Assembly (NCBI GenBank): GCA_963555755.3
Contig: OY820905.2
Coordinates: forward strand, 4,288,001-4,352,000
Length of the DNA stretch: 64,000 nucleotides
Source: Nitrospirales bacterium
Lineage (GTDB): Bacteria; Nitrospirota; Nitrospiria; Nitrospirales; UBA8639
Reading direction: 5' to 3'
Positions 1-9,482 of the stretch are shown here, in pieces (the first letter of the stretch is position 1; each line of letters starts with the position of its first letter). The position numbers and the translations under genes were made by a program. The notes beneath the pieces are model-generated. The model had not been told where the DNA came from. It worked only from the letters and a program-made list of their open reading frames with translations, and did no database searches.

Positions 1-61
1 GAAGTTCAGGAGTCCATGTCTATCAACTAATCGGTTGTTTTTTGATCAGAGGAGGTCAGTT

Positions 62-688
62 ATGAAAATGCTGAAGGCAATGTGTGTCGGGTTAGCGATT
101 TGTGGAAGTGCCTGGGTCGGAACGGCTTGGGCAGGTTCTGGGACGATGGGGGGAACTGACACGTCAAATTTTATTGTGACCAGCGATTATATCATTGGGC
201 CACAGGATGTGTTGGAAATTAGCGTGTGGCGAAACCCTGATCTCTCCCGTCAAGTGACGGTGCGACCTGACGGGAGGATTTCACTTCCTTTGATCGGCGA
301 TGTTGACGCGGTGAGCAAAACGACAGGGGAATTGAAAAACGCGATTACCGAGAAGCTTAAGGAGTACAAAGAAAATCCCACCGTGGCGATTGTCGTGCAA
401 CAGGTGAATAGCTATTTTGTGTACGTTAATGGTGCGGTAGGGTCACAGGGTCGATTCCCCTTGTTAACGAAGACATCCTTGATTCAACAGTTAACCCTGG
501 CTGGAGGATTGGCCCCTGATGCTGTTCGCAGTCGGATTGTCGTGTTCCGCATGGGTAGCGAGGGAGCAGAGCCACAACGAATGATGGTGAACTATGACGA
601 TATCATATTGCGTGGTGCTGCAAACTTTGATCTTCAACCAGGCGATACGATTGTGGTGCCCTCTGAAACGATGGTGTTGTTGCCATAA
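62..688 (+). CDS. Polysaccharide export protein (Wza/Poly_export + SLBB)
   Basis: YIIGPQDVLEISVW...VRPDGRISLPLIGDV Poly_export motif and LQPGDTIVVP end; signal peptide; GGAGG RBS at 51-55 favours ATG 62. Confidence 0.9.
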   Translation: MKMLKAMCVGLAICGSAWVGTAWAGSGTMGGTDTSNFIVTSDYIIGPQDVLEISVWRNPDLSRQVTVRPDGRISLPLIGDVDAVSKTTGELKNAITEKLKEYKENPTVAIVVQQVNSYFVYVNGAVGSQGRFPLLTKTSLIQQLTLAGGLAPDAVRSRIVVFRMGSEGAEPQRMMVNYDDIILRGAANFDLQPGDTIVVPSETMVLLP

Positions 689-706
689 CGGAAAGGGAAT
701 CATGTC

Positions 707-1342
707 ATGCACAGAAGGTGGATTATGAAAACTCGTTTTACTCAGTTCATCGTATTAGTCGTGATGGCTGTAGGTATAGGGATATCAGGTTGTGCCTCCT
801 CCCATGAGCCCCGACTCGTGGTGGCTCCGGGTCCTCCAGAGGAAGGCTTCCGGTTAGGAGCTGAAGATATTATCGATGTTGTCGTGTTTCGCAGCCCTGA
901 CCTTTCGCGTACCGATTTGGTGATCCGGCCTGACGGTAAAGTGTCATTGCCTTTGATTGGGGAGGTCCGGGCTGAAGGACTAACAGCCGATCAATTAGCC
1001 AAGAATATTACAGAAAAATTCAAATCGTACAAAGACAATCCGGCCGTGTCCGTGAGTGTAAAAGCGGTCAATAGCTACAATATCTTTGTGCTTGGGGAGG
1101 TCAAAACTCCAGGAAAATTGGCTTTAAAATCGTATACCACGATGTTACAAGCGATTACGTTGGCCGGCGGCTTCACAGAATTTGCCGAGGAAAATGCGAT
1201 GCAGGTGGTTCGGCATACGGTGACGGAAGACGGCCAGACTCAGGAAATCCGAATTCCCGTGAACTACGATTCTCTGCTGTCAGAAGACGGGGCCAAGTAT
1301 AACTTTATCCTGCGGCCAGGCGATACGATCGTCGTGCCGTAA
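707..1342 (+). CDS. Second polysaccharide export lipoprotein (Wza-like)
   Basis: Lipobox ISGC, IRPDGKVSLPLIGEV, LRPGDTIVVP. Confidence 0.9.
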   Translation: MHRRWIMKTRFTQFIVLVVMAVGIGISGCASSHEPRLVVAPGPPEEGFRLGAEDIIDVVVFRSPDLSRTDLVIRPDGKVSLPLIGEVRAEGLTADQLAKNITEKFKSYKDNPAVSVSVKAVNSYNIFVLGEVKTPGKLALKSYTTMLQAITLAGGFTEFAEENAMQVVRHTVTEDGQTQEIRIPVNYDSLLSEDGAKYNFILRPGDTIVVP

Positions 1343-1495
1343 AGTCTGCGGCTTGGGCCAGAGGTGTCCTGTTCAACGAGATTGACAAGCACTCTGGTCC
1401 ACGCGTGCCGAGGAGACGGAGAAGCGTGAGCTGGTGAATCGTGTGTCACCGTTACATGGTGTAGGGGTTGGGCGAAGATAATTTTTTCTTGAACG

Positions 1496-3856
1496 ATGGA
1501 GCGAAATCCTATGGAACAGCATGGCATGGAACGAAAAGGCCTGGAATATATGGGGCGTGGCGCATCCCCATCCCTTCAGGGGAAAGTCAGGGACTATGTT
1601 GACATTGCGATCCGCCGCAAATGGCTCATTATCTCAATCGTCATGATTTCGGTAGGAGTTGCTGGCACGGTAGCCTGGTTTAAGAAAGACGTCTATCGCT
1701 CGAGTACCGTCATTCTGGTCGAGCAACAGACGATTCCTGAAAAGTATGTGTCCTCGGTGCTGGATGATGTGGCGAGCCGAGTCTCGACGATTACGCAACA
1801 AGTGCTGAGTCGAACCAGTTTGGTGAAAGTGGTCGAGGAATTCGGATTGTTTCAGGATTTGGTTCAGAAAGCAGGGTATGAACAAGCGATTCTCAGAATG
1901 AGGGAAAATATTCAGGTTGAGACCAAGGGGCGGAAACGGATTGAAGCCTTTACCATTTCATATGCCCATGAAGATCCCACCACTGCGATGAAAGTCACAT
2001 CGAGGTTGGCCTCACAATATATTGAAGAAAACTTGAAGTTGCGTGAGCAATTTGTAGAAGGTGCTTCGGATTTCTTGGAAACGGAACTCCGCTCGGCTCG
2101 AAATGAACTTGAATCCAAAGAATCCGCATTAGGTCAATTTAAAAAGAAGTATATGGGTGAATTGCCGAGTCAGTTGGAGGCCAACATCAGAACCCTGGAT
2201 CGATTACAAGCTGAGCGCGTCTCCACCCAAGAATCCGTCAATACCTTAAACAATCGGCTCATGCTCGTGGAACAGGCTATTCACGATTATGAAACATCGG
2301 GAGCGGTGAGCGCGAATTCTGAAATCAATGTGAGCGGAGGAGGCAGGCGTGGGCGGCCCGTTGACCCACAAATGGTCCAACTGAAGAAACTTGAACAGGA
2401 CCTTGTTCGGTTAACAGCCGAGTACACCGATCTGTATCCTGATGTGATTCTGCTCAAGCAGCAGATTAGTCTGTTAAAGGCCGAGCTTGCTGACAAATAT
2501 GGTATGTCTGTGGAAGTGCCCGTCAGTCCAGAAACGATTCGGATCTTTGATCCGTACTTGAAGAGATTGGTGAAGGATCGTGGTGAGCTCAAATTCAAGA
2601 TTGCAACCCACAACAATCGTATAAACACAGTTGGCACTTCCATGGAGACGCTGGAAGGGCGGGTCGACCGGACGGCGGCTCGAGAGCAGGCGTTGCTGTC
2701 ACTAGATCGTGACTATGCCAACATGCAGAAAAATTATCAGGGATTGTTGGCTAAGCGCCTCAATGCTCGAATTGCCGAAAATCTGGAGAAACGTCAAAAA
2801 GGTGAACGCTTTAGAATCTTAGACCCCGCCAATCTGCCCAGTACCCCAGAGGGACCTGAACGTTTCCTCATCCTGCTGATGGGGTTGGGAGTCGGGTTGG
2901 GCTTGGGATATGGCCTCGCGTTTGTGATCGAACAATGGAATCCGACATTCCGTCGCTCTGAAGAAGCGGAGGTCTCTCTCGGATTTCCGATTTTGGCCAC
3001 GATCCCCAGTTTTCAAATGGCCTATGGCAAGTCTCCAGATGGGCTCCTGGTGGGAGGATCATTTGGGTCCACGGCCGATAGCTTATTGGGTAGCGCGGAT
3101 GCGAATGGGGAGTTGCTAGCCAAACCCTCGGGTTCTGAAAGGTGGCGAGCCGGATGGACTCCGGGTCCCTCGTTGGTCAGTCGTTGGAGACCCAACTCCA
3201 TTGTTGCCGAACAATATCGAGTTGCGGCGACTCGGTTGGTCTTGATGAATGATGATCGGGCCAATACCGTGGTGCTGGCCACGAGTGCGATGAAAGGTGA
3301 AGGCAAAACATCCTCTGTTGTGAATCTCGGGTATACCTTGGCTCGTGATTTAGAGAAACAAGTCTTATTGATCGGGTGTGATTTTAAGGCTCCGCGTTTG
3401 CATAAGGCGATGGGTATGCCCGCTGCCCCGGGTTTGGCCGATTACTTCCATGGCAATGTTGAGTTGGAAAATTGTATTCATCGCATGGAAGAGGTGCCTC
3501 TGTGGGTCTTGCCCGCGGGAGCAATCGAAGAGCATGCGGTCTCACTGTCACGTCTCCCGCAGCTCGCTTCTATGATTGAATCCCTGCGGTCCCGGTTTGA
3601 CTATATTATCTTAGATGCACCGCCTATTCTGCCCCTGGCCGATATGAACGTCCTGGCCGGATTGGCCGATGTGTTGGTCTTGGTGGTTCGAGCAGGTGTC
3701 ACTCCGCAAGAGATTGTGGTGAAAGCGATGGATATGCTGCGACCCACAGTTCAGGCTCGGATCTTGTTGACAGATGCGTCATCACAGGGCATGCCGTATT
3801 TTATGCCACAAGAAGTCTATGGGGATCCATATACCGCGGCTAGAGCCCAGGGATGA
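1496..3856 (+). CDS. wzc: Polysaccharide chain-length determinant / BY tyrosine kinase (Wzc-like)
   Basis: Two TM segments flanking a coiled coil; Walker A SAMKGEGKT; Walker B IILDAPP; C-terminal tyrosines. Confidence 0.88.
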   Translation: MERNPMEQHGMERKGLEYMGRGASPSLQGKVRDYVDIAIRRKWLIISIVMISVGVAGTVAWFKKDVYRSSTVILVEQQTIPEKYVSSVLDDVASRVSTITQQVLSRTSLVKVVEEFGLFQDLVQKAGYEQAILRMRENIQVETKGRKRIEAFTISYAHEDPTTAMKVTSRLASQYIEENLKLREQFVEGASDFLETELRSARNELESKESALGQFKKKYMGELPSQLEANIRTLDRLQAERVSTQESVNTLNNRLMLVEQAIHDYETSGAVSANSEINVSGGGRRGRPVDPQMVQLKKLEQDLVRLTAEYTDLYPDVILLKQQISLLKAELADKYGMSVEVPVSPETIRIFDPYLKRLVKDRGELKFKIATHNNRINTVGTSMETLEGRVDRTAAREQALLSLDRDYANMQKNYQGLLAKRLNARIAENLEKRQKGERFRILDPANLPSTPEGPERFLILLMGLGVGLGLGYGLAFVIEQWNPTFRRSEEAEVSLGFPILATIPSFQMAYGKSPDGLLVGGSFGSTADSLLGSADANGELLAKPSGSERWRAGWTPGPSLVSRWRPNSIVAEQYRVAATRLVLMNDDRANTVVLATSAMKGEGKTSSVVNLGYTLARDLEKQVLLIGCDFKAPRLHKAMGMPAAPGLADYFHGNVELENCIHRMEEVPLWVLPAGAIEEHAVSLSRLPQLASMIESLRSRFDYIILDAPPILPLADMNVLAGLADVLVLVVRAGVTPQEIVVKAMDMLRPTVQARILLTDASSQGMPYFMPQEVYGDPYTAARAQG

Positions 3857-4911
3857 GCACAGGGCCGTTGTCGGGCCCACAGGAGAAAGCCCGGACAGCG
3901 ATTTCATTTTTTGATCACGTTCTGCACTCGCTGGATACCCGAAAACGGGTTCTGATTCTTGGTGACAGCGACCTGATGGGGGACTTGATCAGTGTCCTGA
4001 CTGCCAAGCGTCGTCATTGGTATGACGTCGTGGGGGTCCTCACGAAAGAAGTCACTCGGGTGGGGCAGTCTATCCATGGCAAGACGATCCTGGGCACGAT
4101 TGACGAGTTATTTGAAACGGTCGAACGGTTTCGGGTGCAGACCATTGCCATCTGTGTGACCGACCGTCGGGGTAGCATGCCCTTGGATACGCTGTTGGAC
4201 TTAAAATCCATGGGGTTGGAGGTTATTGATGGGCATCAGCTGTATGAGAGTGAATGTGGGCGGCTCTCCATCGACGAATTAAAGCCGAGTGCCCTGATTT
4301 TTTCCACAGGATTCCACCGGCGTCCCGGCATGTTGTTATTCAAACGCTTGGAAGACATGATTGGGGCGTTGTTGGGGTTGGTGATCTTGGCGCCACTCAT
4401 GGCGCTCATTGGCCTGCTTATCAAGTTCGATTCGGCTGGACCTGCGTTGTATAAACAAACTCGAATCGGACTGCGGGGCTGTCCGTACGTGCTGTGGAAA
4501 TTTCGATCGATGTGCCAGGATTCCGAGGGGGATACCGCCCAGTGGGCTCAATTAAGCGATGGTCGGGTGACCCGAGTGGGTCGGTGGATTCGGTTACTCC
4601 GAGTCGATGAAGTACCTCAACTCTTCAATATCCTAAAGGGCGAAATGAGTCTGGTGGGGCCTCGACCCGAGCGCCCCCTGTTTGTGCAGAATTTGCGTCA
4701 ACACATTCCCTATTATGACTTGCGTCATACCATTCGCCCTGGTCTTACCGGGTGGGCCCAAATCCGTTTTAACTATGCCGCCTCGGTTGAAGACTCGCAT
4801 ATGAAATTGCAGTATGACCTCTATTACGTGAAGCATTTGTCGGTCTGGTTTGATCTGTCCATTCTCTTTCGAACCATTCGGGTCGTCCTGATGGGATCTG
4901 GAGCCCGCTGA
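3853..4911 (+). CDS. Priming sugar transferase, PEP-CTERM/XrtA-system type
   Basis: KFRSM, RVDEVPQLFNILKGEMSLVGPRPERP, PGLTGWAQI, YDLYY motifs; ATGA overlap with wzc. Confidence 0.92.
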   Translation: MSTGPLSGPQEKARTAISFFDHVLHSLDTRKRVLILGDSDLMGDLISVLTAKRRHWYDVVGVLTKEVTRVGQSIHGKTILGTIDELFETVERFRVQTIAICVTDRRGSMPLDTLLDLKSMGLEVIDGHQLYESECGRLSIDELKPSALIFSTGFHRRPGMLLFKRLEDMIGALLGLVILAPLMALIGLLIKFDSAGPALYKQTRIGLRGCPYVLWKFRSMCQDSEGDTAQWAQLSDGRVTRVGRWIRLLRVDEVPQLFNILKGEMSLVGPRPERPLFVQNLRQHIPYYDLRHTIRPGLTGWAQIRFNYAASVEDSHMKLQYDLYYVKHLSVWFDLSILFRTIRVVLMGSGAR

Positions 4912-4913
4912 CC

Positions 4914-5831
4914 ATGGAAGAGCCCACGATCGTTCATCGTACGCATTGTTTGACTTTTGATATCGAGGAGCATTTTCAGGTCGCGGCCTTTGATAGCCCG
5001 GCGAGACGCCGCCAATGGCAATCGCTAGAAAGTCGTGTCGAACGCAATACGGAAAAGATTCTGGAATGTTTAGAGGCTCATCATGTGAAGGCCACCATGT
5101 TTGTCTTGGGGTGGGTAGCCGAACGATGTCCTCAATTAATTCGACGGATGGCTGAGGCTGGGCATGAAATTGCTTCGCATGGATATGGACACGATCTCAT
5201 TACTGTTCTGACTCGTGATCAATTTCGTGAAGACGTGAAACGGGCCAAAGCCGTGTTGGAAGATGCCACGGGCATGCCGGTTATCGGTTATCGTGCCCCT
5301 ACCTTTACCATCACACAAGAAACATTGTGGGCGCTCCCCATCCTCCTGGAGGAGGGGTATGCCTACGATTCAAGTATATTTCCGGTGTATCATGACCAAT
5401 ACGGAATCCCTGGGGCCAATCCCTCACCTCACTTATTATCCACGCATTCCGGCGCGTTATGGGAAGTGCCTCCTTCGACCTGTAAAATTGGGTGGATGAG
5501 GATTCCGGTGGCGGGTGGAGGCTATTTTCGATTTTTTCCCTTTTGGCTTCTGGTCCGTCTCATGCGAAAAGTTGAACGGGAGGGTGAGTCGTTAGTGTTC
5601 TACCTGCATCCATGGGAGTTTGATCAGGACCAACCGCGTATGATGGGGCCTCTTCGATCGCGACTTCGTCACTACTGTAATCTCAGTAAGACGGAGGAAC
5701 GGTTTCGTCGGTTGATCCAGGAGTTTTCTTTTGCTCCCATTCGGGAATCCCTTCCCATGATTGGGCGATTATATTGTCGCCCTGACCATGACCCGAGTGG
5801 CGTGTTTTGTTCAATGTCAGCAACGGGATAA
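4914..5831 (+). CDS. XrtA-system polysaccharide deacetylase
   Basis: LTFDIEEHF, HEIASHGYGH, GYRAPTF, AGGGYFR, FYLHPWE. Confidence 0.92.
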   Translation: MEEPTIVHRTHCLTFDIEEHFQVAAFDSPARRRQWQSLESRVERNTEKILECLEAHHVKATMFVLGWVAERCPQLIRRMAEAGHEIASHGYGHDLITVLTRDQFREDVKRAKAVLEDATGMPVIGYRAPTFTITQETLWALPILLEEGYAYDSSIFPVYHDQYGIPGANPSPHLLSTHSGALWEVPPSTCKIGWMRIPVAGGGYFRFFPFWLLVRLMRKVEREGESLVFYLHPWEFDQDQPRMMGPLRSRLRHYCNLSKTEERFRRLIQEFSFAPIRESLPMIGRLYCRPDHDPSGVFCSMSATG

Positions 5832-5856
5832 CCGAAGAAGTTGTGGGAGAATACCA

Positions 5857-6426
5857 ATGATTATGTCTTCATCTCTTGATATTCCCTATTCCTTTCCCAC
5901 TGAGCCGATGGGATTCTCACCGGAATCGCCGTTGTCTTGGTTTCTTGTCCATGTGAAACCTCGGGCTGAAAAGGTGTCAACATTACATCTGGATCAGCTC
6001 GGACTCGAAGTTTTTTGCCCTCAGCTCACACAGGAAAAAATCATTCGACGTGTTCGACGCGAGGTGGTGGGGCCCTTATTCCCAGGGTATGTGTTTGTGA
6101 AGTTTGATCCCATGTTTCACTATCGGGCCGTCCAGTTCTCTATAGGCGTTCGAAAAGTCGTCAGCTTTGGAAACACCCTCGCGCGGGTGGATTCATCAAT
6201 CATTGAAGAGGTACGCGCGAGAATAACTCAGGGGTGCGTTCACGTGTCAAACTGTTCTTCTTTCCAACCGGGTCAAAAGGTTCGAATTCATGATGGTCCC
6301 TTGAAGGGCTTCGAAGCGATCTTTGAGTGTGAAATGAGTGATCGCCGACGAGTGACCCTGCTGTTGGATACGGTGGCCTATCAAGCTCGAGTCATAGTGC
6401 CGGTCGACCAAATCGCCAATCTGTAA
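5857..6426 (+). CDS. RfaH/NusG-paralog transcription antiterminator
   Basis: WFLVHVKPRAE, PLFPGYVFV (NGN domain), GQKVRIHDGPLKGFEAIF (KOW); start uncertain. Confidence 0.88.
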   Translation: MIMSSSLDIPYSFPTEPMGFSPESPLSWFLVHVKPRAEKVSTLHLDQLGLEVFCPQLTQEKIIRRVRREVVGPLFPGYVFVKFDPMFHYRAVQFSIGVRKVVSFGNTLARVDSSIIEEVRARITQGCVHVSNCSSFQPGQKVRIHDGPLKGFEAIFECEMSDRRRVTLLLDTVAYQARVIVPVDQIANL

Positions 6427-6895
6427 GAGATCAAGCCCAATTTCAGACGTATGTGAATGGGTGTGCTTTCCAGAGGACAGGGGAGCCTGAGTCGATTCGT
6501 GCGTCAACATTGGGTAGGGACTGCCATCGATGGGTAGGCAAGTTTCGTACAATGTGTCGTGGATTCGTTAAGAAAGAGAGCCCCGAACCCGAAAATACTG
6601 ATAGTAAGTCTAGGGATCTCTGAAGATTCTCCAAGGGTAGGAAGGGGACGACTTCTCTTTTTCACTGAGGTCGGCCGGGCCTGAGGAAAAGCTAATTGGG
6701 GAAGAGATTCAACAACGTAATTGAAGATAAAAAGCCGGACATGCACCGGAATGGCGGCAGCCTGCGTATCAGACCTTACCGAATGTTGAGTGGGTGCGAG
6801 ACGTGTACAAAACAAGCCGTATGCAGGTCACTCAAGACGCGTCGAGTCTATCACCCGAGCAATTTCCTGTAGACGGTTAGGCTGGGACGTGGAAG

Positions 6896-7867
6896 TTAAC
6901 CTGCTAAGAGCGAAGCATGACGAATCCGCTCTTCAAAATACTCAATGGTTTTGGGTAGCCCCTCTTTGAGTGAAATCCGAGGTTCCCATCCAAGTTTTTC
7001 TTTCGCCAAACTAATATCAGGGCAACGTTGAGTCGGATCATCTGATGGTAGTGATGTGTACTCGAGTGTAGATTTCGTGCCGGTGAGGTCAATAATCAGT
7101 TGGGCCACTTCAGTGATCGTACATTCTTCGGGATTGCCCAAATTCAGCGGGCCGGGAAAATCGTCGGGACTGTTCATGAAGGCAATGATGGCTTGAATGA
7201 GGTCATCGACATAGCAGAAAGATCGTGTCTGTGACCCGTCACCGAAAATTGTGATGGGGCGGTTCAGCAACGCTTGAATAATGAAGTTGGAAATGACTCG
7301 ACCATCATTGGGGTGCATGTGCGGGCCGTATGTATTAAAAATACGCCCCACTTTGACGGGCAGTTGAAATTGCCGGTAATAGTCAAAGAATAATGTTTCC
7401 GCGCACCGCTTCCCTTCATCGTAACAGGCACGCTGCCCTATGGGATTGACGTTTCCCCAGTAACCCTCTTTTTGAGGATGGACATGAGGGTCCCCGTACA
7501 CTTCACTGGTTGAGGCTTGAAAGATTTTTGCCTTGAGTCGCCTCGTGAGTCCCAACATGTTGATGGCTCCGTGGACGTTTGTTTTGGTGGTTTGGACCGG
7601 ATCAAATTGGTAGTGAATGGGTGAAGCCGGACAGGCGAGGTTATAAATCTCATCCACTTCGACGTAGAGGGGAATCGTGATATCATGTCGGATAACTTCA
7701 AATTGAGGATGATACAGTAGCGGAATAATGTTATCTCTGGTGCCGGTATAAAAATTGTCCGCGCAGATAATTTCATTCCCTTGATCAAGAAGTGTCCGAC
7801 ACAGATGAGAGCCGAGGAATCCAGCTCCGCCTGTTACAAGCACGCGTTTTCGTTGAAACTGATTCAT
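6896..7867 (-). CDS. UDP-glucuronate decarboxylase (UDP-xylose synthase)
   Basis: [43 protein letters not shown]. Confidence 0.93.
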   Translation of the reverse strand: MNQFQRKRVLVTGGAGFLGSHLCRTLLDQGNEIICADNFYTGTRDNIIPLLYHPQFEVIRHDITIPLYVEVDEIYNLACPASPIHYQFDPVQTTKTNVHGAINMLGLTRRLKAKIFQASTSEVYGDPHVHPQKEGYWGNVNPIGQRACYDEGKRCAETLFFDYYRQFQLPVKVGRIFNTYGPHMHPNDGRVISNFIIQALLNRPITIFGDGSQTRSFCYVDDLIQAIIAFMNSPDDFPGPLNLGNPEECTITEVAQLIIDLTGTKSTLEYTSLPSDDPTQRCPDISLAKEKLGWEPRISLKEGLPKTIEYFEERIRHASLLAG

Positions 7868-8114
7868 GGTGTGGTGTTGTAGCGGAAGATTGAGTGAAGC
7901 ATCTGCAATTTCAGGATCTACAATGAAGAGCCGCTGACAATATAGCAAACGTGGTTGCTGCCAGCAATCTTTCCTTTCAATTTAGAAATCGCAGTTGGAT
8001 CACAACAGTCCGTTCAAGCTCTTGGCGCATCTGGCACAATACAAAGGACGGGTTCCTAGAGAAACGTACGGCACTGCGCACAGTGTATTCCCCTTCATGA
8101 GGAAGAAGAGACCT

Positions 8115-9185
8115 ATGAAAGAAAAGCCCCAGGCAGGCAGGTTAGTGTTAGAAGATGGGTCTTCCTTTACAGGAAGCCTGATTGGTTCACGGCAGCCGAT
8201 TGCTGGGGAGGTGGTGTTTAATACCGGCATGGTTGGCTATCCGGAGACCTTGACTGACCCTTCGTATAGAGGCCAAATATTGTCTTTAACCTATCCCCTC
8301 ATTGGAAATTATGGAGTGCCTCACTCCCAGACGGTGAATGGACTTACCGATGTGTTTGAGTCCAATAAAATCCAAATCCAGGGCTTGGTCATGACGGACT
8401 ATTCTTTTGAGTATTCTCATTGGAATGCGGAAAAAAGCTTAGATGTGTGGCTACAAGAACACAACGTGGTAGGGCTTTACGGAATTGATACACGGAAGCT
8501 CACGAAAAAATTACGCCAGCGTGGCAGCATGTTGGGGAAAATCGTGGTGGAAGGGCAGGATCAAGACTTTTATGATCCGAATCGGGAAAATTTGGTTCAA
8601 CTCGTGAGTGTCAAGGAACCCCTGGTGTATGGGAATGGCACGAAGAAGGTGGTGTTGATTGATTGTGGAGGGAAATTCAACATCATCCGCAGTTTGGTGG
8701 GCCGCGGCGTGCAGGTGAAGCGAGTTCCCTGGGACTATGATTTTTTAAGCGAAGATTTTGACGGTGTCATGATTTCCAATGGACCAGGGGATCCTCAAAT
8801 GTGCCAAGCGACCGTTGGAATTGTGCGAAGGTTGCTTGCCGGAAACCGGCCGGTGTTTGGGATTTGCCTTGGCCACCAAATTCTTTCCCTCGCGGCTGGG
8901 GCTGAAACGTATAAAATGAAATTTGGCCATCGCAGTCAAAACCAACCCTGCATGGAATTGGGAACGCAACGATGTTACATCACCTCACAAAATCATGGTT
9001 TTGCCGTGAAGCCCAATGGATTGTCTTCCGATTGGACTCCATGGTTTGTGAATGCCAATGATGGTTCCAATGAAGGCATTCGCCATCAGACGAAACCGTT
9101 TATGAGCGTGCAGTTTCATCCTGAAGCGACTCCGGGACCGACGGATACCTCACATCTGTTTGATCGATTCATTGATCTGCTGTAG
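8115..9185 (+). CDS. carA: Carbamoyl-phosphate synthase small subunit
   Basis: GEVVFNTGMVGYPETLTDPSY, SNGPGDP, GICLGHQ, QFHPE. Confidence 0.96.
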   Translation: MKEKPQAGRLVLEDGSSFTGSLIGSRQPIAGEVVFNTGMVGYPETLTDPSYRGQILSLTYPLIGNYGVPHSQTVNGLTDVFESNKIQIQGLVMTDYSFEYSHWNAEKSLDVWLQEHNVVGLYGIDTRKLTKKLRQRGSMLGKIVVEGQDQDFYDPNRENLVQLVSVKEPLVYGNGTKKVVLIDCGGKFNIIRSLVGRGVQVKRVPWDYDFLSEDFDGVMISNGPGDPQMCQATVGIVRRLLAGNRPVFGICLGHQILSLAAGAETYKMKFGHRSQNQPCMELGTQRCYITSQNHGFAVKPNGLSSDWTPWFVNANDGSNEGIRHQTKPFMSVQFHPEATPGPTDTSHLFDRFIDLL

Positions 9186-9396
9186 GGAATGTTGAAAAAA
9201 GCCGCCAGCGGCGTTCTCGCAATTTTGCCGTGCTCACGTACTATGAGTACGCTCCGCGCGTCAAAATGGCTGCGGCCTTGCTGGATAGACCCTTCGGAAA
9301 GACTCAGGGCATGCTTTTTTGAACCTTCCCTCCCATTGACGATGCGTGGCTCATCTGGAGGGTTTTGGCTATTGGAGTGAAATGTTCAATAGGCCC
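9185..9396. mobile_element. MITE-like palindromic element, family A
   Basis: GGGAATGTTGAAAAAAG...CTTTTTTGAACCTTCCC (to ~9330), plus a second TIR-like end TTCAATAGGCCC at ~9396; related copies at 51863 and 60777-61282. Confidence 0.75.
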
Positions 9397-9482
9397 TGTA
9401 ACCAGTTCCTGCTCTGACCACTCATTCACAGACGTTCCTCATCTGATTGTTGCCACTCCTTTCAGCAAGGTTGCTTCTTACC

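Noticed and set aside
3362..3385. Wzc Walker A' reads LIGCD rather than LIDxD
   Set aside because: Gly at this position occurs naturally in many BY-kinases, so it is not evidence of inactivation
6753..6764. ops-like GGCGGCAGCCTG after the RfaH-like gene
   Set aside because: Mismatch in the GGTAG core, and the next gene is on the opposite strand
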